From the NCBI GenBank assembly GCA_021846685.1, contig JAJZWL010000004.1, forward strand, positions 7,899 to 71,898: a stretch of 64,000 bases of DNA, in the 5' to 3' direction. This document shows, one piece after another, positions 10,501 through 19,504 of the stretch. Below the pieces are notes generated by a model, which saw only the letters and a list, made by a program, of their open reading frames with translations, was not told the origin of the DNA and made no database searches. Positions within the stretch are counted from its first letter, which is position 1, and the number at the start of each line of letters is the position of its first letter. Source of the stretch: a bacterium (lineage in GTDB: Bacteria > Patescibacteriota > Dojkabacteria > JAKAPS01 > JAJZLI01). The position numbers and the translations under genes are program-made.

Positions 10501-11208
10501 ATGCAAAATTTATATGAAGGTATAATTTTAAAATATGTAGATTATAAAGATAATGATAAAATTCTTACTATTTTTACTAAGAATGGATTACAGTCATTAA
10601 TAGCTAAAGGAGTAAAGACTGGGAAAAGAGCTAATCTTTTGGATACTGGGAATTTAATATCATATGATATTGTAAAAACTAAAGGGCTTCCTATTCTAAC
10701 TACTGTTATATTAAAAAATTCTTTTGCAGAAGATAAACCTCAATATTCATTTTATATACTTTTTCTATTGGAGGTAATTCTAAAAATACAAAGAGAAGGG
10801 GAAGATGAGAGTTTAATGTATTATATACTTTTATATTGTCTACAGAATCTATCTGGTAATTCAAATTTATATCTATCTTTATTTTTAGTTAAAGTACTTT
10901 ATTATGAAGGTGTTTTTATTGATCTGTATAGCTGTCTCGTGTGTGGAAAAGAATTTAATGAAAATAGTAATATTATTGTGTCTTCAGAAGGTGTTACCCA
11001 TTTATCATGTAGTAATTTAAAAGAGAAAAATATTAATAACGATACCATAAAACTTTTGAGGTATCTTTTAAATTTTGATATAAGGAAAAATAAATTCAAT
11101 TTTTCAATAGATGATCTAATAATAAAAGAGAGTCTTTTTTATTTAATTTCTTTTACAGAAAATTTTTTCTCATCAAGTATAAAATCAAAGGAATATATTA
11201 CTGTTTAA
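10501..11208 (+). CDS. recO: DNA repair protein RecO
   Basis: 235 aa; N-terminal OB-fold-like 'EGIILKYVDYKDNDKILTIFTKNGLQSLIAKGVKTGKR'; C-x2-C...C-x-C zinc-finger-like 'CLVCGKEF...HLSCSN'. Confidence 0.6.
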   Translation: MQNLYEGIILKYVDYKDNDKILTIFTKNGLQSLIAKGVKTGKRANLLDTGNLISYDIVKTKGLPILTTVILKNSFAEDKPQYSFYILFLLEVILKIQREGEDESLMYYILLYCLQNLSGNSNLYLSLFLVKVLYYEGVFIDLYSCLVCGKEFNENSNIIVSSEGVTHLSCSNLKEKNINNDTIKLLRYLLNFDIRKNKFNFSIDDLIIKESLFYLISFTENFFSSSIKSKEYITV

Positions 11209-14179
11209 CTCTTTTAAGTAAAGAGTAAATTACTGGTACTATAAACAATGTTAGAATGGTAGATGTAAATAGTCCTCCTATAACTGTTATAGCCAAAGAT
11301 TGTCCTATTAAAGTTGAAGAAGAAGCAAATATTGCCAATGGGAGTAATGCAAACATAGTAGTAATTGCTGTCATAAGAATTGGTCGTAGTCTTATTTTTC
11401 CTCCCTGTATAATAGCTTCTTTTACTTCATACCCTTCTTTTATATTTTGTTTGATTTTAGTTAAAAGAACTATTGCATTAGTGACAACTATTCCTATAAG
11501 CATTAATACCCCTATTAGTGCTGGAAGATTTAGTGTTGATTTTGTTATAAATAAAGCTACTAAAACTCCTATTATAGTCACTGGTAAAGATGCAAGGATA
11601 GCAATAGGCTCTATAATTGAGGAGAAGGTGGCAATCATAATTATTAATACTATTGCAATTGATATCCCCATAGCTTCATATAATGAATTAAATGAATTTG
11701 CTTGTTCAGAAGAAGCTCCTTGATTAATAACTGAAACTCCATATTTTGAAATAGCGTCACTTATATCTGTATGTATTGTATTATTAACTTTTTCAGTATT
11801 ATTAGCAGTAATTAGAGCATTGATGTCAGAAGCTCTTTGTCCATTTTCATATGTAATACTAGAGTTGTATGGCACTTGAGATATATTAGATATCTTTGAT
11901 AGTGGAATTTTGCTGCCTAGTGAATTTGTTATTAATATATTATTAAGATTAGGTAAATTTTTCACATAAATATAGACATTATAACTTCCTCCATTAAGAT
12001 TATAATTTGAAATTTCACTTGGAGTAAAATATTGAGATATTTGGGATAGAACATTATATGAAGACACACTATATTTCGAAAGTTTAGTGTTATTTAATAT
12101 TATCTCTTTTTGATAGGTATCTTTTGAAAGATTAGATGTAAGATTACTTATTCCTTTTAAATTTTTTAATTTATTATATAAATAGTTATTAGCATTATAC
12201 AGTTTATTTTGATTATTAGAATTTATTATAATATTTACTGAATTAAGATTACCTACTGAAGATAGAAGATTAACTTGAGCTTTCAGGCCATTTATTTTAT
12301 TTGAAAAATTTTGAATATTGTATATTTCATTATTTATATTCTTATTATTATTAAAATCAACTAATATTTGAAATTTATTTTTCACTTGAGATGAGGTGGT
12401 TTTAATACCATGGCTTTGAGCTGATCCCACAGATATTGAATAAAATTGCACATTCTTTATAGTTTTAATATAGTTAGAAATTTGAATAGCTTTGTTATAT
12501 GTTAGTGTTTTGGAAGACCCTGTAGGTGTAGATCCTGATATTAAAGCAGAAGGTTGTGTTGGGGATGGTATGAATCCAGTCTGGATATGCGGAATTAATA
12601 ACAGTGAAGAGAGTATTAGAATTAAAGTAACTAAAATAGTAGAAATTTTGTGATTTATTGTAAAACGAACAGCACGTTCATAATATTTAGCCAGGAAAAA
12701 CTCTTTTTCTTTTAATTTGACATTCTTTTTTAATAAAAATGTTTTACTAAATAAAGGTATAACTATAATTGCAGTAAAAAGTGATGCTATTAAAGCAGAG
12801 GAAGCCGTAAATGCAAATGGAATAAAGAATGAAGATGTAATTCCTCCTACAAATGCAATTGGTAAGAATACCCCAATTGTTGTAAGAGTAGAAGATGTAA
12901 TTGCTCCTCCCACTTCTTTTACTGAGTTTATTATTAACTTTTCGTCTTTTACTTTATCTTGAGATAAGTGTCTGAAAGTATTTTCTATAACCACAATACT
13001 GTCATCAACAATTCTTCCAAGTGCCACAGAAAGTCCAGATAAAGACATTATGTTAAAGGTAATATTTTGGGCATTCATCAATGTTAATGTGAAGAATATT
13101 GATATTGGAATGGATATTGAAGCTATTAGAGTTGTATTTCCACTTTTTAAGAATGCAAAAATTATAATAACTGCTAAAAGTATACCAAGTATAGTTTCTT
13201 TTAGAATGCTATTTATAGTTGAGTTAATAGTATTTGTATCATTTGAAAGTATTGTATAACTGATTCCTTTTGGTAAAACACTTTTAACATTAGATAAAAT
13301 ATTTTGAATAGTACTAATAGTATTAATATTAGTTTTTCCAAATATATCTACTACATCAGAATTCTTTCCATTTGTTTGTACTATTTCATTGTTAAAGACT
13401 TTAGATATATTAACAGTAGCTATATTTTGAAGTTTTATCGTGTGTCCCTTATAAATAGCTAACGGAATATTCTCTAATTGTTTAATATTAGATATATTAG
13501 AATGAATTGTTATTGGTATAGATAGATTATTATTTTTAATCTTTCCAATAGGGGAATTGATATTATATGATTTAATTATATTTATAATATTTGAGTATTG
13601 TATATTATACTCATTTAATTTTTGATAATTCAGGTTTATATTTATTTCTTCTGTTTTATTCCCATAGTAACTTACGCTGCTTACTCCTGAAACATTATTT
13701 ATATTATTAAGTAATTTATTTTTTATAAAACTATCTCTATTTTTCCCAGAAAAAGAAAGCTCCAATATAGGAATATTAGAAAAATTAAATTTAGACATAG
13801 TTGGTCTTGTCGCACCATTAGGAAGTTTTACAGATCCTAAATCCTGATTTATTTGTTGTTCAAGAGTATTGAGATTAACTCCATAATGAGAAGTTATTAT
13901 TAAAGTTGTATAACCATTATTTGCATTTTCTTGTATTGATTTTATTCCACTAATTGATTTTATTGAGTTATAAATTGGTTGAGTAAGAGTTGTATATACT
14001 TCATTCGCGTTTGCAGAAGGATAATTAGACTCAACTATTACTGTAGAAAGATTTACATTAGGAAAAACCTCTCTATCAGCTACTATATAAGAGTATGTTC
14101 CAAACAAAATTAGAAATATTAATACTATAAATATTAAAGATTTATTTTTAAAAGAGTAAGAAACTATTTTTTCTATCAT
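11198..14179 (-). CDS. RND superfamily transporter permease (12-TM, two large periplasmic loops)
   Basis: 993 aa; N-terminal 'FPNVNLSTVIVESNYPSANANEVYTTLTQPI'; hallmark 'ALGRIVDDSIVVIENTFRHL' in the TM4 region; second-half 'RLRPILMTAITTMFALLPLAIF'. Confidence 0.8.
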   Translation of the reverse strand: MIEKIVSYSFKNKSLIFIVLIFLILFGTYSYIVADREVFPNVNLSTVIVESNYPSANANEVYTTLTQPIYNSIKSISGIKSIQENANNGYTTLIITSHYGVNLNTLEQQINQDLGSVKLPNGATRPTMSKFNFSNIPILELSFSGKNRDSFIKNKLLNNINNVSGVSSVSYYGNKTEEININLNYQKLNEYNIQYSNIINIIKSYNINSPIGKIKNNNLSIPITIHSNISNIKQLENIPLAIYKGHTIKLQNIATVNISKVFNNEIVQTNGKNSDVVDIFGKTNINTISTIQNILSNVKSVLPKGISYTILSNDTNTINSTINSILKETILGILLAVIIIFAFLKSGNTTLIASISIPISIFFTLTLMNAQNITFNIMSLSGLSVALGRIVDDSIVVIENTFRHLSQDKVKDEKLIINSVKEVGGAITSSTLTTIGVFLPIAFVGGITSSFFIPFAFTASSALIASLFTAIIVIPLFSKTFLLKKNVKLKEKEFFLAKYYERAVRFTINHKISTILVTLILILSSLLLIPHIQTGFIPSPTQPSALISGSTPTGSSKTLTYNKAIQISNYIKTIKNVQFYSISVGSAQSHGIKTTSSQVKNKFQILVDFNNNKNINNEIYNIQNFSNKINGLKAQVNLLSSVGNLNSVNIIINSNNQNKLYNANNYLYNKLKNLKGISNLTSNLSKDTYQKEIILNNTKLSKYSVSSYNVLSQISQYFTPSEISNYNLNGGSYNVYIYVKNLPNLNNILITNSLGSKIPLSKISNISQVPYNSSITYENGQRASDINALITANNTEKVNNTIHTDISDAISKYGVSVINQGASSEQANSFNSLYEAMGISIAIVLIIMIATFSSIIEPIAILASLPVTIIGVLVALFITKSTLNLPALIGVLMLIGIVVTNAIVLLTKIKQNIKEGYEVKEAIIQGGKIRLRPILMTAITTMFALLPLAIFASSSTLIGQSLAITVIGGLFTSTILTLFIVPVIYSLLKRVKQ

Positions 14180-14211
14180 ATCAATTCAATTTAATATCAG
14201 AATTTTAATCA

Positions 14212-14242
14212 CAATGATTAGTTAACCTAATGATTAGGGTTA
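14212..14242. promoter_or_regulatory. Direct-repeat/hairpin motif in the divergent RND-glyQS intergenic region
   Basis: AATGATTAG-TTAACC-T-AATGATTAG-GGTTAA: 9-bp direct repeat twice, flanked by inverted TTAACC/GGTTAA. Confidence 0.25.
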
Positions 14243-14312
14243 ATATAGTAACATACATATATATTTTTTCCAATAGCTATTTAAATTTGTTTTTAAAAGA
14301 GTTTCTGTTAAA

Positions 14313-15677
14313 ATGAAATATATGGATAATATTGTTTCACTTGCAAAAAGAAGAGGTTTTGTATATCCGGCTTCTGATATATATGGAGGTTTAGCTAATT
14401 CATGGGATTATGGACCTATGGGGGCTTTAATGAAGGAAAATATTAAAAATGAATGGATCAAAGAGTTTGTTTCTTCTAGAGATGATATGATCTTAATTGA
14501 TAGTGCTATTATTCAGAATTCCAGTGTATGGGATGCTTCCGGACATTTAGAAAAATTTACAGATCCTATGTTAGAGTGTTCTAAATGTCATAAAAGATTT
14601 AGAGCGGATAACCTTATTGAAGATGTTCTGGGTATAGATGTAGATGGTAGGACTTCTTTAGAAATCGATACAATAATTCAAAATAATAATATTAAATGTC
14701 CTGTATGTGGGGGGAAATTGTCTGAAGTTAAAAATTTTAATTTAATGTTTAATACAAAATTAGGTCCAGTAGATGTATCTTCAGACACAGTATATCTTAG
14801 ACCTGAAACTTGTCAGGGAATTTTTACTAATTTTGACAATATACTCAAAAGTACAAGATTACACTTGCCTTTTGGTGTTGCTCAAATAGGAAAATCTTTC
14901 AGAAATGAAATAACTCCAGGAAATTTTATATTTAGAACGTTGGAGTTTGAACAAATGGAAATTGAATATTTTACAAAAGAAGAAAATGCTGATGAAAATT
15001 TTAATTATTGGTTAGATTTATTTAAGAAATGGTATATAAAAATAGGAATAAAGAAAGAAAATTTGAAAGAAGTTGAATTAACTAAGGAGCAAAGAGCTCA
15101 TTATTCAAAAAGAACAGTTGATTTATATTTTAATTTTCCTTTTGGATTCAAAGAATTACAGTCTTTTGCCAATAGAGCAGATTATGATTTAAAATCTCAT
15201 TCTGAAAAATCAAAGAAAAAACTTCATTATTTCGATACAGATACTAATAAAAATATAGTACCATTTGTGATTGAACCTTCTGTAGGATTAGGAAGATTAT
15301 TCTTAGCACTTCTTTCAAATGGATATAGGGAAGAAAAAGTCCTAAATGATACAAGAGTTGTACTTTCTCTCTCTTCCAGAATTGCTCCATATCAATTAGC
15401 AATTTTTCCCCTAGTATCTAAGGATAAAGATATGAAAGATATATCATATAATTTATATACAGATTTAAGAAAGGACTATAGATGTTCCTATGATGATATT
15501 GGCGCTATTGGAAAAAGATATAGAAGACAAGATGAAATTGGAACACCTCTTTGTATTACCGTTGATAATGATTCCCTGAAAGACAATGCTGTTACAGTAA
15601 GAGATAGGGATACTATGGAACAAAAGAGAGTGTCAATAGATAATATTAGAGATTATGTCGATAAATGTTTTTTGTAA
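14313..15677 (+). CDS. glyQS: Glycine--tRNA ligase (dimeric alpha2 type)
   Basis: 454 aa; N-terminus 'LAKRRGFVYPASDIYGGLANSWDYGPMGALMKENIKNEW' is the conserved GlyRS alpha2-type opening; class II synthetase length. Confidence 0.85.
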   Translation: MKYMDNIVSLAKRRGFVYPASDIYGGLANSWDYGPMGALMKENIKNEWIKEFVSSRDDMILIDSAIIQNSSVWDASGHLEKFTDPMLECSKCHKRFRADNLIEDVLGIDVDGRTSLEIDTIIQNNNIKCPVCGGKLSEVKNFNLMFNTKLGPVDVSSDTVYLRPETCQGIFTNFDNILKSTRLHLPFGVAQIGKSFRNEITPGNFIFRTLEFEQMEIEYFTKEENADENFNYWLDLFKKWYIKIGIKKENLKEVELTKEQRAHYSKRTVDLYFNFPFGFKELQSFANRADYDLKSHSEKSKKKLHYFDTDTNKNIVPFVIEPSVGLGRLFLALLSNGYREEKVLNDTRVVLSLSSRIAPYQLAIFPLVSKDKDMKDISYNLYTDLRKDYRCSYDDIGAIGKRYRRQDEIGTPLCITVDNDSLKDNAVTVRDRDTMEQKRVSIDNIRDYVDKCFL

Positions 15678-16330
15678 TTCCTACTCCAATTGGTAATTTA
15701 GAAGATATTACTCCTAGAGCAATCAATACAATAAAATCCTTAGATATACTTTTTTGTGAAAATACTCAAAATACTAATAATTTACTTTTAAAATTTAATA
15801 TAAAAGGGGTAACTTTAAAAAAGTATGTGGATTATAATGAACAGAAAATTATTCCGGAAATATTATCATTATTGTCCGAAAATAAAAAAATAGGACTTGT
15901 ATCAGATGCAGGATATCCTACAATTTCAGATCCCGGATATAAACTTTTAAGAGCTATAAAGAATAACGGAATAAACTATACTGTACTTCCTGGAGCTACT
16001 AGTATATTACCTACACTTATTTATTCTGCGCTACCTTCAAATAATTTTGTTTTTATAGGATTTTTATCTAAAAAACAGGGGAAAGTAAAACAAGAGTTAT
16101 TGAAATTTTCAGGAATGACTACTATATTCTTTGAATCTCCTCATAGAATTATTAAAACTTTAAAACTTTTAAATGATGAATTTCCAGATTCTCAAATTAC
16201 TATCTGTCGAGAAATTAGTAAATTACATGAAGAAGTAATTTCAGGGAATATATCTGATGTATACACTCAATTTGCTAAAAGGGAAAGTATAAAAGGAGAG
16301 ATGTCTATTGCAATTTTAATAAATAATTGA
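15665..16330 (+). CDS. rsmI: 16S rRNA (cytidine1402-2'-O)-methyltransferase RsmI (tetrapyrrole methylase fold)
   Basis: 221 aa; 'FVIPTPIGNLEDITPRAINTIKSLDILFCENT' matches the RsmI N-terminal motif. Confidence 0.75.
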   Translation: MFFVIPTPIGNLEDITPRAINTIKSLDILFCENTQNTNNLLLKFNIKGVTLKKYVDYNEQKIIPEILSLLSENKKIGLVSDAGYPTISDPGYKLLRAIKNNGINYTVLPGATSILPTLIYSALPSNNFVFIGFLSKKQGKVKQELLKFSGMTTIFFESPHRIIKTLKLLNDEFPDSQITICREISKLHEEVISGNISDVYTQFAKRESIKGEMSIAILINN

Positions 16331-16346
16331 TAGGATACCTAATTGT

Positions 16347-17102
16347 ATGTCAGTTATAGAAGTTAAAGATATAAAGAAGAAATATGGTGAAGTTGTTGCT
16401 GTTTCTGGTGTGAGTTTTTCTGTAGAGAAAGGAGAAGTATTTGGACTTTTAGGTCCCAATGGAGCAGGAAAAACTACAACGGTAGAGATGCTTGAAGGAA
16501 TTACGAAAATTGATGAAGGTGAAGCATTTATAGAGGGAATCAAAGTAAGTCAAAACAACCATACATTACAAAATATTATAGGTGTGTCACTGCAGAGTAA
16601 TAATTTTTTTGATGATTTAAGTCTTGCAGAAATATTATCTCTTTTTGCAAGTTTTTTTAATATTAAAATTAATCCAAAAGAATATTTAGAGGAAGTTACA
16701 CTAGTTGAAAAATCAAAAACAAAATTCAAAGAGATATCAGGGGGGCAGAAACAAAGATTTACTATAGCTTTAGCTTTAGTTAATAATCCAAAGGTTTTAT
16801 TTCTAGATGAACCAACAACTGGTTTAGATCCTCAATCAAGGAGACATTTATGGGATATAGTAGAAGGGTTAAAGGAGAAAGGTAAGACGATAATCCTTAC
16901 AACTCATTTCATGGATGAAGCAGAACGTCTTGCAGACAGAGTTGCTGTTATGGATTCGGGAAAGATATTAAAAATGGGTACACCTACAGAGTTAATACAA
17001 GATCTTATTAAGACAGGTTTTAAGAAAAAAATTGTTGCAGATGAAAGAGCAAATCTTGAAGATGTATTTATAGATTTAACTGGGAAAAATTTAAGAGATT
17101 AA
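16347..17102 (+). CDS. ABC transporter ATP-binding protein (ABC-2 exporter type)
   Basis: Walker A 'GPNGAGKTT', signature 'SGGQKQR', Walker B 'LFLDEPTTGLD'. Confidence 0.85.
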   Translation: MSVIEVKDIKKKYGEVVAVSGVSFSVEKGEVFGLLGPNGAGKTTTVEMLEGITKIDEGEAFIEGIKVSQNNHTLQNIIGVSLQSNNFFDDLSLAEILSLFASFFNIKINPKEYLEEVTLVEKSKTKFKEISGGQKQRFTIALALVNNPKVLFLDEPTTGLDPQSRRHLWDIVEGLKEKGKTIILTTHFMDEAERLADRVAVMDSGKILKMGTPTELIQDLIKTGFKKKIVADERANLEDVFIDLTGKNLRD

Positions 17103-17106
17103 GATT

Positions 17107-18273
17107 ATGATTAAAAGAATATATAGCTTTACAATTGCAAGTTTGAAAATGACATTTAGAAATAGATTCGCATTAATGATGTCATTCTTTTTCCCTATTG
17201 CACTTATACTTGCTTTTGGTTTTTTTAATAATTCTTCTGCACCAAAACTTAATATAGATATTTTAGGTAGTAAAAATACATCAACTATACAAAATAATAT
17301 TGTAACTGAATTAAAAAAGTCTGGCAATGTAAATATAAAGAAAATATCTACATTGTCGTATGGTAAAAATAAAATTAAAAATAATAGTATAGATCTATTA
17401 ATGTATATAACTCCATCAGCTTCTTCTTTTAGTCGTATATTTACTAAGTGTAATGTTGGAAAAGCATGTCCTCAGTTGGTTGGGATAAAATCAATTCCTA
17501 ATTATAAGATATCTTTTTATGTAAATAAATTTTCTACTAATCTTACTTATGCAGAATTATTTATATCTGGATTTAAGTATAATGCACTAAAATCAGTTGT
17601 GTCTGTAAATCATATCTCTTTACCATTCACATACTCTCAGACTTTTCTTACAAGTGGAAAGGAAGAAAATAGTTATATAGATTTTCTAATACCTGGTGTC
17701 CTAGCTCTAGCTTTAATGCAAGGAATTATCTTTGCTGTTATAAACATAATAGTTAACTACAAAGAATTGGGAGTATTGAGAAGATTGGCAGTCACACCTT
17801 TAACCAAATCTGATTTTATAGCCTCATTGACAATCACCAGATTAATTTTTGGTTTAATTCAAATAGCAATTTTAATTGTAATAGCTGCAGTATTTTTAAA
17901 TGTTATTCCAGTAGGAGGAGTTTTCGGGTTTGCTAATCTTACTGTGGTAATTATTCTTGGAGCTTTAATGTTTGTAACTCTGGCTCTTATAATTTCAACA
18001 ATTTCAAATAAAACAGCAACCGTCTTTCCAATCGCGAATCTTATAACTTTGCCTATGTTATTTTTATCAGGAATATTTTTCCCTGTAAAAAATCTTCCTT
18101 CTTGGTTAAGATCTATTGTTAATTTATTACCTTTAACTTATCTTGCTAATGCTCTTAGGGGTATTTATGATCATGGATACTCTCTTTTAACAATTCATAA
18201 TGACCTGATTGGAATGGCTGTCTGGATTATTATATTCTTTCTTCTAAATATTTTGTTTTTTAAATGGGAATAA
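17107..18273 (+). CDS. ABC-2 family transporter permease
   Basis: 388 aa; N-terminal TM, extracytoplasmic segment, then a 5-6 TM bundle; directly follows the ATPase. Confidence 0.6.
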   Translation: MIKRIYSFTIASLKMTFRNRFALMMSFFFPIALILAFGFFNNSSAPKLNIDILGSKNTSTIQNNIVTELKKSGNVNIKKISTLSYGKNKIKNNSIDLLMYITPSASSFSRIFTKCNVGKACPQLVGIKSIPNYKISFYVNKFSTNLTYAELFISGFKYNALKSVVSVNHISLPFTYSQTFLTSGKEENSYIDFLIPGVLALALMQGIIFAVINIIVNYKELGVLRRLAVTPLTKSDFIASLTITRLIFGLIQIAILIVIAAVFLNVIPVGGVFGFANLTVVIILGALMFVTLALIISTISNKTATVFPIANLITLPMLFLSGIFFPVKNLPSWLRSIVNLLPLTYLANALRGIYDHGYSLLTIHNDLIGMAVWIIIFFLLNILFFKWE

Positions 18274-18681
18274 CACAAGTATTATAAATAATATTACAAA
18301 TCCTATTGCTATAAATAAATCATTTAATTCTCCTGCAATTAATATGAAAGGAGTTATCAATATAAGTGTGAAATTATCAGATCCATCATAAGATATTGCC
18401 TCTGTTATAGATAATATTAAAGATAATAACATTGTAGTTACAAATTCTATTGAAGATGATAGAAATATAAAACTAGAAACTATAAAAAATGTAAATGTAC
18501 CCATATATGATTTATTGTCATTTAATATATTATATTCCTGAATTGGAACATTCATGCCTACTAAAGCTGCAAATGAATCTGAAATTCCGGTAATAAGTAA
18601 AGCTTCTCTTATTAAAAATAATTTATCATAAAAAATCAGAGCTATAATGATTAAAGCTATAGCATAAAATATACCTCCCAA
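18244..18681 (-). CDS. Small polytopic membrane protein, possible CTP-transferase-superfamily (dolichol/polyprenol kinase-like) fragment
   Basis: 145 aa, 4-5 TM; 'GISDSFAALVG' resembles the D-x-x-A-x-x-G motif of the CTP-transferase family; an upstream out-of-frame ORF piece (about 18790-18960, minus) suggests a possible frameshift. Confidence 0.3.
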   Translation of the reverse strand: MGGIFYAIALIIIALIFYDKLFLIREALLITGISDSFAALVGMNVPIQEYNILNDNKSYMGTFTFFIVSSFIFLSSSIEFVTTMLLSLILSITEAISYDGSDNFTLILITPFILIAGELNDLFIAIGFVILFIILVLFPFKKQNI

Positions 18682-19030
18682 ATTTGATTTCTTTGTTCTA
18701 CTATTATTAAGTGAGTGAAAAAGATGAAGATATTTAGATGCAATTACAGAAATTAGAGATTCTGCAACTAGTATAATGAAAAAAGTTTGGCTTAAAAGAA
18801 AGGTTGCAACGATAAATAATATAGATGTTTCAATGTGAACAAGTTTTCTTAAATATTCCTTACTTTTATTTTTGTCTAATTTTTTGAAAATATATTCGGA
18901 GGTTATTAGAACAACTATAAAAAGTAGATTTAATATTATAATATAAGCTATATTTTTATTTATGATATTATTATATATAAAATATTATAGCTTATAATAC
19001 ACTAACTTCAGAGAAAAAAAAAGTTTGTAA

Positions 19031-19504
19031 TTGCTAATATATTATTATACAATGCTCAATATGTCTTTAGAATTTTCTAAACAAAAATTTTTTGTAGTGT
19101 ATCTAGTTATTTCCTTGGCTTTATTTGGATTACAATTTATTTCTAATAATAAATTATTTTTAAGTATTATTGTTTTTTTAGATTTCTTTTTCTTTATAGG
19201 ATTTTTTATATATTCTGGGTTGAAAATGAAAGAACAATCCTTTAATTTTAAAAATATTGCAGCTTTTTCTGCATTTACATCTGGTGTAACAATGGTAGTC
19301 TCAGAGATCATATCTTTCTTTGTATTCAAGTTATATACAGAACATCAAGTACATAATGTTAAATTATTACCTCATAATGAATATTTAATAATATTATTAA
19401 TTTCAATTATTTTTGGAATAATTTTTAATATTCTAGTTGCTATTTTATTAGCATATTTAGGAACAAAGTTATATAAAGCTGATATTAATAAGACTGATAT
19501 ATGA
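19031..19504 (+). CDS. Hypothetical small membrane protein
   Basis: 157 aa, about 4 predicted TM helices; no recognisable motif. Confidence 0.35.
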   Translation: MLIYYYTMLNMSLEFSKQKFFVVYLVISLALFGLQFISNNKLFLSIIVFLDFFFFIGFFIYSGLKMKEQSFNFKNIAAFSAFTSGVTMVVSEIISFFVFKLYTEHQVHNVKLLPHNEYLIILLISIIFGIIFNILVAILLAYLGTKLYKADINKTDI

